Virus record (IMG/VR): IMGVR_UViG_3300045988_096501
Length of the DNA stretch: 43,668 nucleotides
Origin: a virus
Reading direction: 5' to 3' (one strand)
Positions 34,029 through 43,303 of the stretch are shown in pieces (position 1 is the stretch's first letter; the number at the start of each line of letters is the position of its first letter). The notes under the pieces were generated by a model that saw only the letters and a list, made by a program, of their open reading frames with translations, was not told where the DNA came from and ran no database searches. The position numbers and the translations under genes were made by a program.

Positions 34029-35259
34029 GGTTAGATTATCCACAGTATTAGGTCCGTCTTTCCATCTTATGGCCAGTGATGTGTTCCAGCATGGGCATAC
34101 ACATTACGACTTGTCGGGTGGGCGCGGCTCTCTGAAATCCTCCTGTGTGTCTCTGCTGGTTCCTCTTATTCTGCTGACAAATCCAAACACTCATGCTCTT
34201 GTGCTCCGCAAGGTAGCAAACACCATCAGGGACAGCGTATATGCTCAATATCTTTGGGCTATTGGCGAATTGGGAATGGCGGCATACTGGGACGCAAAGG
34301 TCCAGCCCATGGAGTTAATTTACAGGAAGACTGGTCAAAAGATCATGTTCCGTGGCGCGGATGACCCGATGAAAATAAAGTCTATTAAGGTGCCGTTTGG
34401 ATATATTGCTGTAACGCATTTTGAAGAAAAAGATCAATTTGCGGGTCGAGCTGAAATACGCACTATTCTGCAGTCTACTATGCGCGGAGGGGAAAAGTTT
34501 TGGAATTTTGAAAGCTACAACCCACCCATCAGCCGGGACAACTGGGCCAATAAGGACAGTTTGGAAGAGCGAGCGGACAGGCTGTGCCACAAGAGTACAT
34601 ACCTTGAAGCCCCGCCTGAGTGGTTGGGGGCGCAGTTTTTGGCAGAAGCCGAACACCTAAAGGAAACGAATGAGCGGGCATACCGGCACGAATATCTGGG
34701 CGAGGCGGTCGGGACAGGCGGGAATGTGTTTGAAAACCTGGAGTTGCGGGAGATTACAGATGAAGAAATATCTCATTTCGACCGCATCTATCAGGGCGTG
34801 GATTTCGGATGGTTCCCTGATCAGCTTGCATTTGTCAGGGCACACTACGACCGTAGCAAGGAAACCATTTATCTTTTTGACGAGCTGTATGTAAATAAAT
34901 GGCCAAATGAGAGTTTGGCGAACTGGGTAAAAGAGAAGAAATACTTGGACGCTTATATCACATGTGACAATGCGGAGCCGAAAAGTGTTGCGGATTTGCG
35001 GGCCTTTGGCCTTCCAGCAAAATCAGCAATCAAAGGACCCGGCAGCGTAGATTATGGCTTTAAGTGGCTCCAGAAAAGGAAAATTGTCATTGATCGTCGA
35101 AGAACGCCAAACGCTTACAATGAGTTTGTGAACTATGAGTATGAGAGGGACAAGAACGGCGAATTTATCAGCGGATATCCTGACAAAGATGACCATATTT
35201 TATCCGCAACAAGGTACGCATTTGAACGTGTGTTTATGAGAATGGGGGTGACTGCGTGA
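34018..35259 (+). CDS. terL: Terminase large subunit (PBSX/XtmB-like)
   Basis: Walker A SGGRGSLKSS, ATPase-nuclease architecture, 413 aa; overlaps terS end. Confidence 0.9.
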   Translation: MMSKVRLSTVLGPSFHLMASDVFQHGHTHYDLSGGRGSLKSSCVSLLVPLILLTNPNTHALVLRKVANTIRDSVYAQYLWAIGELGMAAYWDAKVQPMELIYRKTGQKIMFRGADDPMKIKSIKVPFGYIAVTHFEEKDQFAGRAEIRTILQSTMRGGEKFWNFESYNPPISRDNWANKDSLEERADRLCHKSTYLEAPPEWLGAQFLAEAEHLKETNERAYRHEYLGEAVGTGGNVFENLELREITDEEISHFDRIYQGVDFGWFPDQLAFVRAHYDRSKETIYLFDELYVNKWPNESLANWVKEKKYLDAYITCDNAEPKSVADLRAFGLPAKSAIKGPGSVDYGFKWLQKRKIVIDRRRTPNAYNEFVNYEYERDKNGEFISGYPDKDDHILSATRYAFERVFMRMGVTA

Positions 35260-36674
35260 ACGTCGTCGAAAAACTGCGAGAGCTTGGCTACTCCACAATC
35301 CCAGAGGACTTCTACCGTAAGATCAGCGAGTGGAAAAGCTGGTATATTGGTGATGTGAAGGGGTTCCACCGGTATAAAGTCCGCAACGGTACGAGCATGG
35401 TCCGATGCAGGCGGTATACCCTCAACATGGGCAAGAAAATCTCAGAGGATTGGGCCAATCTTCTGATGAATGAAAAGGTCGAGATCACTCTTGAAGGCCA
35501 GCAGGAACAGGAATTTATTGACCGTGTGTTGAACGAAAACAATTTTCTGGTCAAGGCAAATGAGATGCAGGAAAAGGCGTTTGCGCTCGGGACGGTGGCC
35601 TTTATCCCGCGAGTAGTGGGAATGGAAGCGACAGAGACCGGGCCCATTCCTGGAAGCGCAAAAGGTATTGTAATTGATTATGTGACTGTGGAGCATATCT
35701 GGCCGCTGGCATGGCAGAACGGAATTATTACCGATTGCGCCTTTGATAGCATCGTGACCGTAAACGGGGCGCAATACTGTTATTTGCAAATCCACCACAA
35801 GGTCAACGGACTGTACGACATCGAGAACCGCATTTATCATTACCGCAACAATAATATAGACGCGGAACTGAATTTGGTGGACGTTCCAGGGTTTGAACGA
35901 GTGCCGCCCGTGGTACATACTGGCTCCGACTGGCGGCAGTTTGTGATTGACCGGCCCAATATTGCAAACAATTTTGACGATTCTCCATTGGGGGTTTCTG
36001 TCTATGCAAACTCCATAGACATTATCAAGGGTGTAGACGTGGCCTATGACAGCTACGTAAACGAATTTATCCTAGGGAAAAAGCGCATCATGGTCAAACC
36101 AGCAGCAACAAAAGATTTAGAAGGAGAGCCGTTTTTTGACCCGGACGACCTGTCCTATTACGTCCTACCAGAGGATATAGGCGATGGCTCTGTTATTACT
36201 CCAATAGACATGACGCTGCGAACGCAGGAGCATAATACGGGCATTCAGGATCAGCTAAACCTTCTGTCCAGTAAGTGTGGATTCGGAGAAAATCATTACA
36301 GGTTTGACCAGGGGAGTATTGCAACGGCCACACAGGTCATCAGCGAAAACTCGACCATGTTCCGGACTATCAAAAAGCATGAAATCATTTTGGAACAGGC
36401 CATTTCGGAGTTATGCCGCATCATCCTTCGCCTCGGGAATATGGCTATGAAAGCCAAACTGAACGAAGAAGCGAGAGTGACTATTGACTTTGATGATTCC
36501 ATCATTGAGGACAAGACCACGGAGCGCAGTAATGACCGGCAAGACTTGGCGGCGGGGATCATGAACGACTGGGAATATCGAATGAAATGGTACAACGAGG
36601 ACGAGGCTACGGCAAAGAAGATGCTCCCGAAAATGGATGATATGGCAACCGAAGAACAGGAGGAGATTGAATAA
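35256..36674 (+). CDS. Portal protein
   Basis: 472 aa directly after terL with a 4-nt overlap; SPP1 gp6-type size and position. Confidence 0.8.
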   Translation: MNVVEKLRELGYSTIPEDFYRKISEWKSWYIGDVKGFHRYKVRNGTSMVRCRRYTLNMGKKISEDWANLLMNEKVEITLEGQQEQEFIDRVLNENNFLVKANEMQEKAFALGTVAFIPRVVGMEATETGPIPGSAKGIVIDYVTVEHIWPLAWQNGIITDCAFDSIVTVNGAQYCYLQIHHKVNGLYDIENRIYHYRNNNIDAELNLVDVPGFERVPPVVHTGSDWRQFVIDRPNIANNFDDSPLGVSVYANSIDIIKGVDVAYDSYVNEFILGKKRIMVKPAATKDLEGEPFFDPDDLSYYVLPEDIGDGSVITPIDMTLRTQEHNTGIQDQLNLLSSKCGFGENHYRFDQGSIATATQVISENSTMFRTIKKHEIILEQAISELCRIILRLGNMAMKAKLNEEARVTIDFDDSIIEDKTTERSNDRQDLAAGIMNDWEYRMKWYNEDEATAKKMLPKMDDMATEEQEEIE

Positions 36675-37093
36675 TGGGCGGTAGAGGTGGAGCGGGCGGA
36701 ACTTCTGGTGGGACGACAAGCAAATTGCCGGCGTTGAGCGGTAGCGAGAAGCAGGTTTCGTGGGCTGAAAGCATTCGAGCGTCTGTGTTTGACAATCTTA
36801 CTGCGATGCAAAAGACCATCGAGAAAAGAAAAGGGGAAATCAAATATATTTCCGAAGATAAGGCAAAGCAGAAAGAAGCAGAGGATTTGCTTGGATATTC
36901 CAGCAAAAATGTGAGGACCGCAAGAGAATACTATTCAACATTCTTCCAAAGGGTTACATCTGCAAGCGAGATCATAGATAAAAGGGCCGAGTTTTCCGCC
37001 AATCAAGTAGATAGAGCGGTTCGTGCGGAAAAATCAAGAGGGGCGCTATCAAGAGTATTGGAAATGGTGAAAAAGCAAAGGGCAAAACGATAA
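36674..37093 (+). CDS. Hypothetical protein (Gly-rich N-terminus)
   Basis: ATGA overlap with portal; 139 aa. Confidence 0.45.
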   Translation: MGGRGGAGGTSGGTTSKLPALSGSEKQVSWAESIRASVFDNLTAMQKTIEKRKGEIKYISEDKAKQKEAEDLLGYSSKNVRTAREYYSTFFQRVTSASEIIDKRAEFSANQVDRAVRAEKSRGALSRVLEMVKKQRAKR

Positions 37094-37740
37094 TGCCGAA
37101 ATTTGAAAACCTTGACCGTTTTTGCTTTTCTGGAATTGGGAAATACGACATTCCGCAAATTGAGCCTGTTACTAATTACCCAATCGGCGAGTTTATCCCA
37201 ATGAATTACGCAAACACGGCAAAGAATCCAGCAGACAAGATCGTGCATTATTTTGTGGATGACTACCAATTCGCCCGCTATTGGAATCGCCCAGATGACT
37301 ACATAAAGAAGTTATCTCAATTTGCGGCTGTGTGCTCTCCGGATTTCTCGCTGTACACAGATATGCCGGTGGCTATGCAGATATATAACCACTACCGCAA
37401 GCACTGGCTGGCGGCTTATTGGCAGCTCCATGGTCTTACTGTTTATCCGACCATTGCATGGAGTACACCAGATAGTTACGAATGGTGCTTTGATGGAGAG
37501 CCAGTGGGTGGCATTGTGGCCGTTTCCAGTGTAGGAACACAGCAGAATAAGGAAAGCAGGCAGCTGTTTCTGCTGGGCTATAAAGAAATGATGAAGCGCC
37601 TTAATCCGTCTTGGGTGATTTTCTATGGCAAAGTTCCGGAAGAATGTGACTGGAATGTGATACGGGTTGCGCCGCATTATAACGAAATTGTGAAACGGAG
37701 GAAAGCGCATGAAGTACCCCTTCACCCCGGAACTTCTTGA
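37093..37740 (+). CDS. Conserved phage protein of unknown function (possibly DUF4417-like)
   Basis: 215 aa between the portal and head-morphogenesis genes; the domain family is a tentative recollection, not verified. Confidence 0.45.
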   Translation: MPKFENLDRFCFSGIGKYDIPQIEPVTNYPIGEFIPMNYANTAKNPADKIVHYFVDDYQFARYWNRPDDYIKKLSQFAAVCSPDFSLYTDMPVAMQIYNHYRKHWLAAYWQLHGLTVYPTIAWSTPDSYEWCFDGEPVGGIVAVSSVGTQQNKESRQLFLLGYKEMMKRLNPSWVIFYGKVPEECDWNVIRVAPHYNEIVKRRKAHEVPLHPGTS

Positions 37741-38875
37741 CGCCCTCCCCGAGGAGCTAACAGAACTATACCGCTCTCTGGAACTGAAACTGCTGGACGA
37801 GATATGCTCCCGGCTGAAAATTTCCGGGGATCTGAACGAGGTTACGGTGCAGGATATCCGGGTGCTGCGCTCCCACGGCATCAGCCTAGAGGAAATCGAA
37901 AATGCCATCCAGCGCACCGCCAACATCTCTCGGAAAGAGCTGGACAAGCTGCTGGACGAGGTGGTGGAGCGGAACCAGCGGTATTATACCGACCTCATTG
38001 ACCTTGCTGGCGTAACAGCCCCTGAGGCACTGGTGAGCGTGGAGGACACCTGGGCCATCTACGAGCAGACCCGGCAAGAACTTCGAAACCTAACCCGCTC
38101 TATGGGCTTTCTGGTGGACAACGGGCGCACCATGCTACCCTATGCAAAGACCTATCAGTGGGCGCTGGACAGTGCGGAGATGCAGATTATGAGCGGCGGC
38201 ATCTCCTATAATCAGGCCATCAAGAGCTCCGTGAAACAGTTAGCGGACAGCGGCCTGCGCATGGTGGACTATGAGAGCGGACACCGGGATCAGATTGACG
38301 TGGCTGCCCGCCGGGCGGTGATGACGGGTGTATCTCAGCTTTGTGCCAAGTACACGGAGCAGAGTGCTGAGTATCTTGAAACACCTTATTTTGAAGTGTC
38401 CGCCCACATTGGGGCACGGGATAAGGGTGTCGGCTGGCAGAATCACAAGGCATGGCAAGGCCGCGTGTACTCTGTCAGAGCCGGGGATAAGTATCCGAAC
38501 ATCTACGAAGTGTGCGGACTGGGCTATGTGGATGGGTTAGAAGGTGCCAACTGCCGCCATATCAGGACGGCCTTTTTGGACGGCGTGATGGAACGCACTT
38601 ATACCGACGAGGATCTGGAGCACATCGACGACGGCCATGACGTGGACTTTGAGGGCAAGCATTATACAGCCTATGAGGCCACCCAGCAGCAGCGGAAGAT
38701 AGAGCGCACCGTCCGCAAGCTGAAACGTGAACAGACCGCATACAAGGCCGCCGGGCTGACAGAGAAAGAACAAGCCGTAACGGCCCGTATTCGCCGGTTA
38801 AATGCGGAATACAAGGCATTCAGTGAAGCGGCAGGGATACCGATGCAAAGAGAGAGAATGAGGGTGGAGTATTGA
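37709..38875 (+). CDS. Minor head / head morphogenesis protein (SPP1 gp7 / Mu F-like)
   Basis: 388 aa after the portal; RBS GGAGGAAAG; conserved GVGWQNHKAWQGRVYSV...ANCRHI region. Confidence 0.7.
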   Translation: MKYPFTPELLDALPEELTELYRSLELKLLDEICSRLKISGDLNEVTVQDIRVLRSHGISLEEIENAIQRTANISRKELDKLLDEVVERNQRYYTDLIDLAGVTAPEALVSVEDTWAIYEQTRQELRNLTRSMGFLVDNGRTMLPYAKTYQWALDSAEMQIMSGGISYNQAIKSSVKQLADSGLRMVDYESGHRDQIDVAARRAVMTGVSQLCAKYTEQSAEYLETPYFEVSAHIGARDKGVGWQNHKAWQGRVYSVRAGDKYPNIYEVCGLGYVDGLEGANCRHIRTAFLDGVMERTYTDEDLEHIDDGHDVDFEGKHYTAYEATQQQRKIERTVRKLKREQTAYKAAGLTEKEQAVTARIRRLNAEYKAFSEAAGIPMQRERMRVEY

Positions 38876-39018
38876 TGGACGGAAAAGCCTGGGCCATCAT
38901 TAAGGCCATCATTGCAAAGGGGAATGACGCCGTAATCCGAAAAAAAGGAGATGGGTATATCGTTCTGGAGGACAAGCGGGAAATCAAGTTTCAGGCAAAA
39001 GAAACCCGCCCCGGTTAG
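38875..39018 (+). CDS. Small hypothetical ORF (47 aa)
   Basis: ATGA-coupled to the upstream gene; ends in a GC hairpin. Confidence 0.3.
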   Translation: MDGKAWAIIKAIIAKGNDAVIRKKGDGYIVLEDKREIKFQAKETRPG

Positions 39019-39025
39019 GGGCGGG
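38993..39025 (-). terminator. Terminator for the minus-strand two-gene insert (bidirectional hairpin)
   Basis: cccgcccc-ggtta-ggggcggg hairpin 39005..39025 with minus-strand T-rich tail. Confidence 0.5.
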
Positions 39026-39030
39026 GGGAA

Positions 39031-39315
39031 TCAAAGCAAACCAAACTTTTTCAAAATTGTTTCAACTTCTGCCGGGCCTAGAACTTCATCTTTCCATTTG
39101 GAAAGGCTCTCAAAGTTGTGCGGAGCGCCGCCGATCCAACTGAATTTGCACAATTCAGAGGTTTGCTTTTTGTGGTCTATAGAGATGTGGAATGCGGTTC
39201 CAAAGCGCATCCCGTGAGAATCAAGGCGCTCTGGCTCAAGCATGCCCGTGTAATACTGATACCCGTTTCCATCAATCTCACTTACAGTGAAATCATATAC
39301 TCCGCTGATGTTCAT
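39031..39315 (-). CDS. Hypothetical protein (antisense insert in head module)
   Basis: 94 aa; co-oriented with 39363..39584. Confidence 0.45.
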   Translation of the reverse strand: MNISGVYDFTVSEIDGNGYQYYTGMLEPERLDSHGMRFGTAFHISIDHKKQTSELCKFSWIGGAPHNFESLSKWKDEVLGPAEVETILKKFGLL

Positions 39316-39362
39316 TTTCTTTCCCTTTCTGCCCTCGTAACCTCCGGGGCGGGATTGGACAA

Positions 39363-39584
39363 TTAAAGGCGAATCCCGTAACCGTCTGGGCCATAAATAC
39401 GCTGTGTGATGGGGTCAGTGCAGATGGATTTAATATAGTGTTTTGCGGAATCCATGCTATCAAATTCCCCCAACATGTCCCAGTTATAATCTGTGTTCCT
39501 TTGTCCTCTCACAAAGTACCCTTTAACTACCTTGTGATTTTTTATGCTGGATGTATCAATTCTAAACGCTACGTATTTTTTCAT
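39363..39584 (-). CDS. Hypothetical protein (antisense insert in head module)
   Basis: 73 aa; first gene of the minus-strand pair. Confidence 0.45.
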   Translation of the reverse strand: MKKYVAFRIDTSSIKNHKVVKGYFVRGQRNTDYNWDMLGEFDSMDSAKHYIKSICTDPITQRIYGPDGYGIRL

Positions 39585-39680
39585 TTTCTTTCCCTCCCGG
39601 CCTGTGGCCTGTCTTGTTTGTTCCTTGTGAGTATATGATACTATAAGTCTACTTATATTTCAAGCGTTAAATTAGACAAA

Positions 39681-39719
39681 TATAAGTTGACTGACTTGTT
39701 TATTGTGTATAAGTTGACT
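39681..39719 (+). promoter_or_regulatory. Direct-repeat operator/promoter upstream of the RHH gene
   Basis: tataagttgact repeated at 39681..39692 and 39708..39719; each copy contains a TTGACT -35-like hexamer. Confidence 0.4.
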
Positions 39720-39764
39720 TATAAAAGAAAACGTGATACCATATCCACAAGGGAGGTATCACAA

Positions 39765-39941
39765 ATGGGAAGCGAAGCACAGACGAAAGCAAGCGTGAAG
39801 TACAACAAGAAAAAGGACAGCATAACGATTCGGCCAGATAAAGAGACTGGCGCAAAGATACGAAGTGCGGCAGAACAGCGCGGAATTAGCGTGACGGAAC
39901 TGATAATGACGGCGCTGAAACCGTATATTGAAGAAAAATAA
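39765..39941 (+). CDS. Ribbon-helix-helix (CopG/Arc-like) DNA-binding protein
   Basis: RBS GGGAGGT; KKKDSITIRPDKETGAKIRSAAEQRGISVTELIMTAL fits the RHH beta-alpha-alpha pattern. Confidence 0.55.
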   Translation: MGSEAQTKASVKYNKKKDSITIRPDKETGAKIRSAAEQRGISVTELIMTALKPYIEEK

Positions 39942-40085
39942 ACACTGAACCCCGCTCTAATTGGTGAGCGGGAAGGACCATTGGGGTCAACTTGTAAGGA
40001 TTTCTTACGGGTTGACTCCTTTTTCATTTGCCGAGAGGCGTAAAACCGCAGGGCGACGGCCCTGATAATAAACGGAGGTAATACC

Positions 40086-40592
40086 ATGAACGAACCTATC
40101 AATAACCCTACCCCTACCCCGGCCCCTGCGCCGGAGCCCACGCCTGAAAAGACCTTCACTCAGGCGGAAGTGGATGCCATGATTGGCAAACGGCTTGCAA
40201 AGGCCATGAAGGGCATGCCCAGTGAGGACGAGCTGACAGCATTCCACACTTGGAAAGATGGACAGGCCGGTGAAAAAGAGCGCTGGGACAAGCTGTCCGG
40301 AGAGCGTGACACGCTGGCCGGTAAGCTGACAGCCGCAGAGGCGGAGCGGGACCAGCTCAAGCGGGACCTGTATCTAGCTAAGAAGGGACTGACCGGCGAG
40401 GAGGCCGAGTTTATCGCCTTCAAGGCCGGGAAGATGGTGGACGACAAGAAAACCTTTGAGCAGGCCGTGGACGAGCTGACCGCAGAAAGAAAGCAGACAC
40501 AGACCACCTTCGACTGGACTGCCCCTGTTGGAGGCGGACAAAAGAAGGAAACCGACATCATGAACGCCCTCATTCGAGGGGCGCTGAAGTGA
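40086..40592 (+). CDS. Capsid scaffolding protein
   Basis: Pro/Thr-rich N-terminus, charged coiled coil, position immediately before the major capsid gene. Confidence 0.75.
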   Translation: MNEPINNPTPTPAPAPEPTPEKTFTQAEVDAMIGKRLAKAMKGMPSEDELTAFHTWKDGQAGEKERWDKLSGERDTLAGKLTAAEAERDQLKRDLYLAKKGLTGEEAEFIAFKAGKMVDDKKTFEQAVDELTAERKQTQTTFDWTAPVGGGQKKETDIMNALIRGALK

Positions 40593-40604
40593 AAGGAGTA
40601 TTAA

Positions 40605-41855
40605 ATGGCTACCCCTATTATTGACAGAGAGAAACTTTCCGGACTTATCCCGGAGCCTGTTACCCGTGAGATCATCCAGGGCGCTGTGACAGAGTCTGCC
40701 GTGCTGCGTATGGCGCGTCGGCTGCCCAACATGACCAGCAAGACTCAGTCTCTTAATGTGTTGGACGCTCTGCCCACCGCCTACTTCGTCAACGGTGAGG
40801 CCACAAGCGAGGCTTCCGACTCCAAAGCTTCGCTGAAGCGGACCACAAACATGAAGTGGGATAAGAAGAAAATATACGCCGAGGAGATCGCCGTTATTGT
40901 CCCCATCCCCGAGGCGGTGCTTGACGATAGCGACTACGACATTTGGGGAGAAGTACGTCCTCGTCTCCAGGAGGCGTTTGGTAAAGTTATTGACGCAGCG
41001 ATTCTTTACGGAACTGACAAGCCTACCTCTTGGCGCGCGGGCCTTGTTCCATCCGCTGAGACTGCCGGCGCTGTGGTAGCCGCTACCGGCGACATCTTCG
41101 CTGACATCATGGCTGAGGATGGCGTGATCGCCAAGGTGGAGGAGAGCGGGTACATCCCCAACGGAGTAATGGCCGCCATTCAGATGCGGGCCAAGTTGCG
41201 TGGACTGGTGGACAAGAATGGTCAGCCTATCTTCAAATCCGACATGCAGGGCGATACCCGGTATGCCCTGGACGGTATGTCCATGTACTTCCCCGTGAAT
41301 GGCGCTTACAACACCGCCAAGTCTCTGGCTATCGTGGGCGACTGGAGCCAACTGGTCTATGCCATCCGGCAGGACATGACCTTCAAGATCTTCGACAGCG
41401 GCGTAGTGCAGGACCCCTCTACCGGGACCATCCTGTATAACCTGATGCAGAACGACATGGTGGCCCTACGCGCCGTCATGCGGCTGGGCTGGGAGATTCC
41501 AAACCCCATCAACGCATACAACGCAGACATTGATAATGCCTTCCCGTTCGCCGTGTACGCCGCCGCTACTGGAACTATCAGCGCCGTGGATGTAACACCC
41601 GCTACCCCAACGGTAACGAAGGGAAGCGGCCAGCAGTTCTCCGCATCTGTAACTGGATCAGGCGGCCCTTATAGTACTGCAGTGACATGGAGTGTGAACG
41701 GTACGGCTGCTGTTGCCGCTGGGACGCAGATCAGCGCATCTGGTTATCTGACAGTGGATGCCGGCGAAACCAACACCAGCCTGACTGTAACGGCCAAGTC
41801 TAAGCAGGACCACAGCAAGACCGACACCGCCACTGTCACCGTAGCGGGGGGTTAA
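40605..41855 (+). CDS. Major capsid protein (HK97 fold) with C-terminal Ig-like (Big_2-type) domain
   Basis: 416 aa; capsid-family sequence; C-terminus VTPATPTVTKGSGQQFSASVTG...TAVTWSV...TVTAKS is Big_2-like. Confidence 0.9.
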   Translation: MATPIIDREKLSGLIPEPVTREIIQGAVTESAVLRMARRLPNMTSKTQSLNVLDALPTAYFVNGEATSEASDSKASLKRTTNMKWDKKKIYAEEIAVIVPIPEAVLDDSDYDIWGEVRPRLQEAFGKVIDAAILYGTDKPTSWRAGLVPSAETAGAVVAATGDIFADIMAEDGVIAKVEESGYIPNGVMAAIQMRAKLRGLVDKNGQPIFKSDMQGDTRYALDGMSMYFPVNGAYNTAKSLAIVGDWSQLVYAIRQDMTFKIFDSGVVQDPSTGTILYNLMQNDMVALRAVMRLGWEIPNPINAYNADIDNAFPFAVYAAATGTISAVDVTPATPTVTKGSGQQFSASVTGSGGPYSTAVTWSVNGTAAVAAGTQISASGYLTVDAGETNTSLTVTAKSKQDHSKTDTATVTVAGG

Positions 41856-41869
41856 ATGAGCTGCTGAGC

Positions 41870-42007
41870 ATGGCCTCGCTCTCCACGCCTGACCTATCTG
41901 GCATGACCAAATCTGAGCTACTGGAATATGCGGATGAGAACGGTGTGGAGGGCGTCAGCAGCTCCATGAAAAAGGCTGACATTCTGGCCGCTTTGGAGGG
42001 GTCATGA
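41870..42007 (+). CDS. Small protein with SAP/HeH-like motif (45 aa)
   Basis: MTKSELLEYADENGVEGVSSSMKKADILAAL; stop overlaps the connector start. Confidence 0.35.
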   Translation: MASLSTPDLSGMTKSELLEYADENGVEGVSSSMKKADILAALEGS

Positions 42008-42456
42008 TGGCTTACGCAGACTATGAGTATTATACAACTACATATCTTGGAACAGCTATCAAGGAGGCTGACTTCCAGCGCCTGTCTCTGCGTGCAAGTT
42101 CCTTTTTGGACTACTACACGCAGGGTCGGGCGGCCCGAAACGCAAAGTTGGACACGCTGAAAATGTGCTGCTGTGCTATCGCGGAACAGTATCAGTATAT
42201 TGATATCGCCAAGGCCCTGGCGCAGAAGTCCCTTACCTCATCTTTGGAAAGCAATGGAGAACTACAAAGTCAGACAGTTGGAAGCTGGTCCAAGACCTAC
42301 CGGAGCGGCGGGGACAGCGCCCAGCAAGCCCTATCCTCTATACAGACAGCGCAAGCGGCCCTTGCAGCAATCGCCCAGCAGTATTTAGCTGGCACGGGCC
42401 TTTTGTACCGGGGGAGGGGGTGTCCGTGTGTTCCCTCATGTTGTGACGATCTATAA
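42004..42456 (+). CDS. Head-tail connector (gp6-like) protein
   Basis: 150 aa immediately after the capsid genes; typical size and position. Confidence 0.6.
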   Translation: MMAYADYEYYTTTYLGTAIKEADFQRLSLRASSFLDYYTQGRAARNAKLDTLKMCCCAIAEQYQYIDIAKALAQKSLTSSLESNGELQSQTVGSWSKTYRSGGDSAQQALSSIQTAQAALAAIAQQYLAGTGLLYRGRGCPCVPSCCDDL

Positions 42457-42874
42457 CACAGAGACCACAGAGCTTCCGGAAAACAATTTTGAACCATTCT
42501 TGGTCAATCATATCACCGTACTGCGCGGGGTCCTCCTGGATGCCTCCAAGGGCTCTAACGTAGCGAAAAGTGGCTTAGAGGGAGCTGACGCGGTAAACCT
42601 CTATATCCCGGCCAGCGTGGAGGCCGTGGACGGCGTGACCGGTGCGGCAAAGCGGTATATCGGGCCTATTGAGTTTTGGAGGACAGAGGATAAATCCGAC
42701 CTGTGGACGCTCTCCGTGAGCCGTAACTGCTTTTTTGTTAAGGGAGAGGCTGTGCATCCAGACTGGACCGTGCAGACCATAGAGGCTGCCTATGATGATG
42801 TGTACGACGTGACAAAGGTAGACTTCAAGGATTTCGGCGGTGAAATGGCTCACTGGGAAATTGGTGGCGTCTGA
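42428..42874 (+). CDS. Head closure / head-tail adaptor protein
   Basis: GTG start after GGAGGGGG; 148 aa between the connector and gp10-like gene. Confidence 0.55.
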   Translation: MFPHVVTIYNTETTELPENNFEPFLVNHITVLRGVLLDASKGSNVAKSGLEGADAVNLYIPASVEAVDGVTGAAKRYIGPIEFWRTEDKSDLWTLSVSRNCFFVKGEAVHPDWTVQTIEAAYDDVYDVTKVDFKDFGGEMAHWEIGGV

Positions 42875-43284
42875 TGCTGAAATTCAATGTGCATACCAGC
42901 GGGCTTGATTCCATTCCAGAACGGCTGGCGAGCGCATCCGAAAAGGCGGAACACATAGTTGCCATCCAAGTGAAGAAGGACACATCCCCCTATGTCCCGT
43001 TCCTGACTGGTTCCCTTGATACACGGACAAGGGTAGATGGTTCCAAGATTATCTACCCCGGTCCATATGCCCGCTATCTCTACTATGGGAAATTGATGGT
43101 TGATCCGGAAACAGGCAGCAGCTATGCACGAAAGGGCACAACCAAAGTCCTGACAGACAAAAACCTTGTATTTAACAAGGCGATGCACACACAGGCACAA
43201 TCTCACTGGTTCGAGGCCAGCAAGGCCGAAAATCTGGAGAAATGGGTGCGTGTGGCAGATAAGGCGGTGAAACGTGATCTCTGA
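42874..43284 (+). CDS. HK97 gp10-like tail-head joining protein
   Basis: 136 aa; PFLTGSL...YYG pattern of the gp10 family; ATGA overlap with the upstream gene. Confidence 0.6.
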   Translation: MLKFNVHTSGLDSIPERLASASEKAEHIVAIQVKKDTSPYVPFLTGSLDTRTRVDGSKIIYPGPYARYLYYGKLMVDPETGSSYARKGTTKVLTDKNLVFNKAMHTQAQSHWFEASKAENLEKWVRVADKAVKRDL

Positions 43285-43303
43285 TAAAAAAGAAAGGCCG
43301 CGC

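Noticed and set aside
36296-37947. Minus-strand ORFs (171, 102, 99, 211 aa) opposite the portal, DUF-like and minor head genes
   Set aside because: Ser/Arg-rich shadow ORFs without start signals; forward-strand genes are contiguous and coupled
40374-41351. 325-codon minus-strand ORF opposite the major capsid gene
   Set aside because: Antisense shadow ORF in GC-rich coding DNA; no start context; the capsid gene is unambiguous
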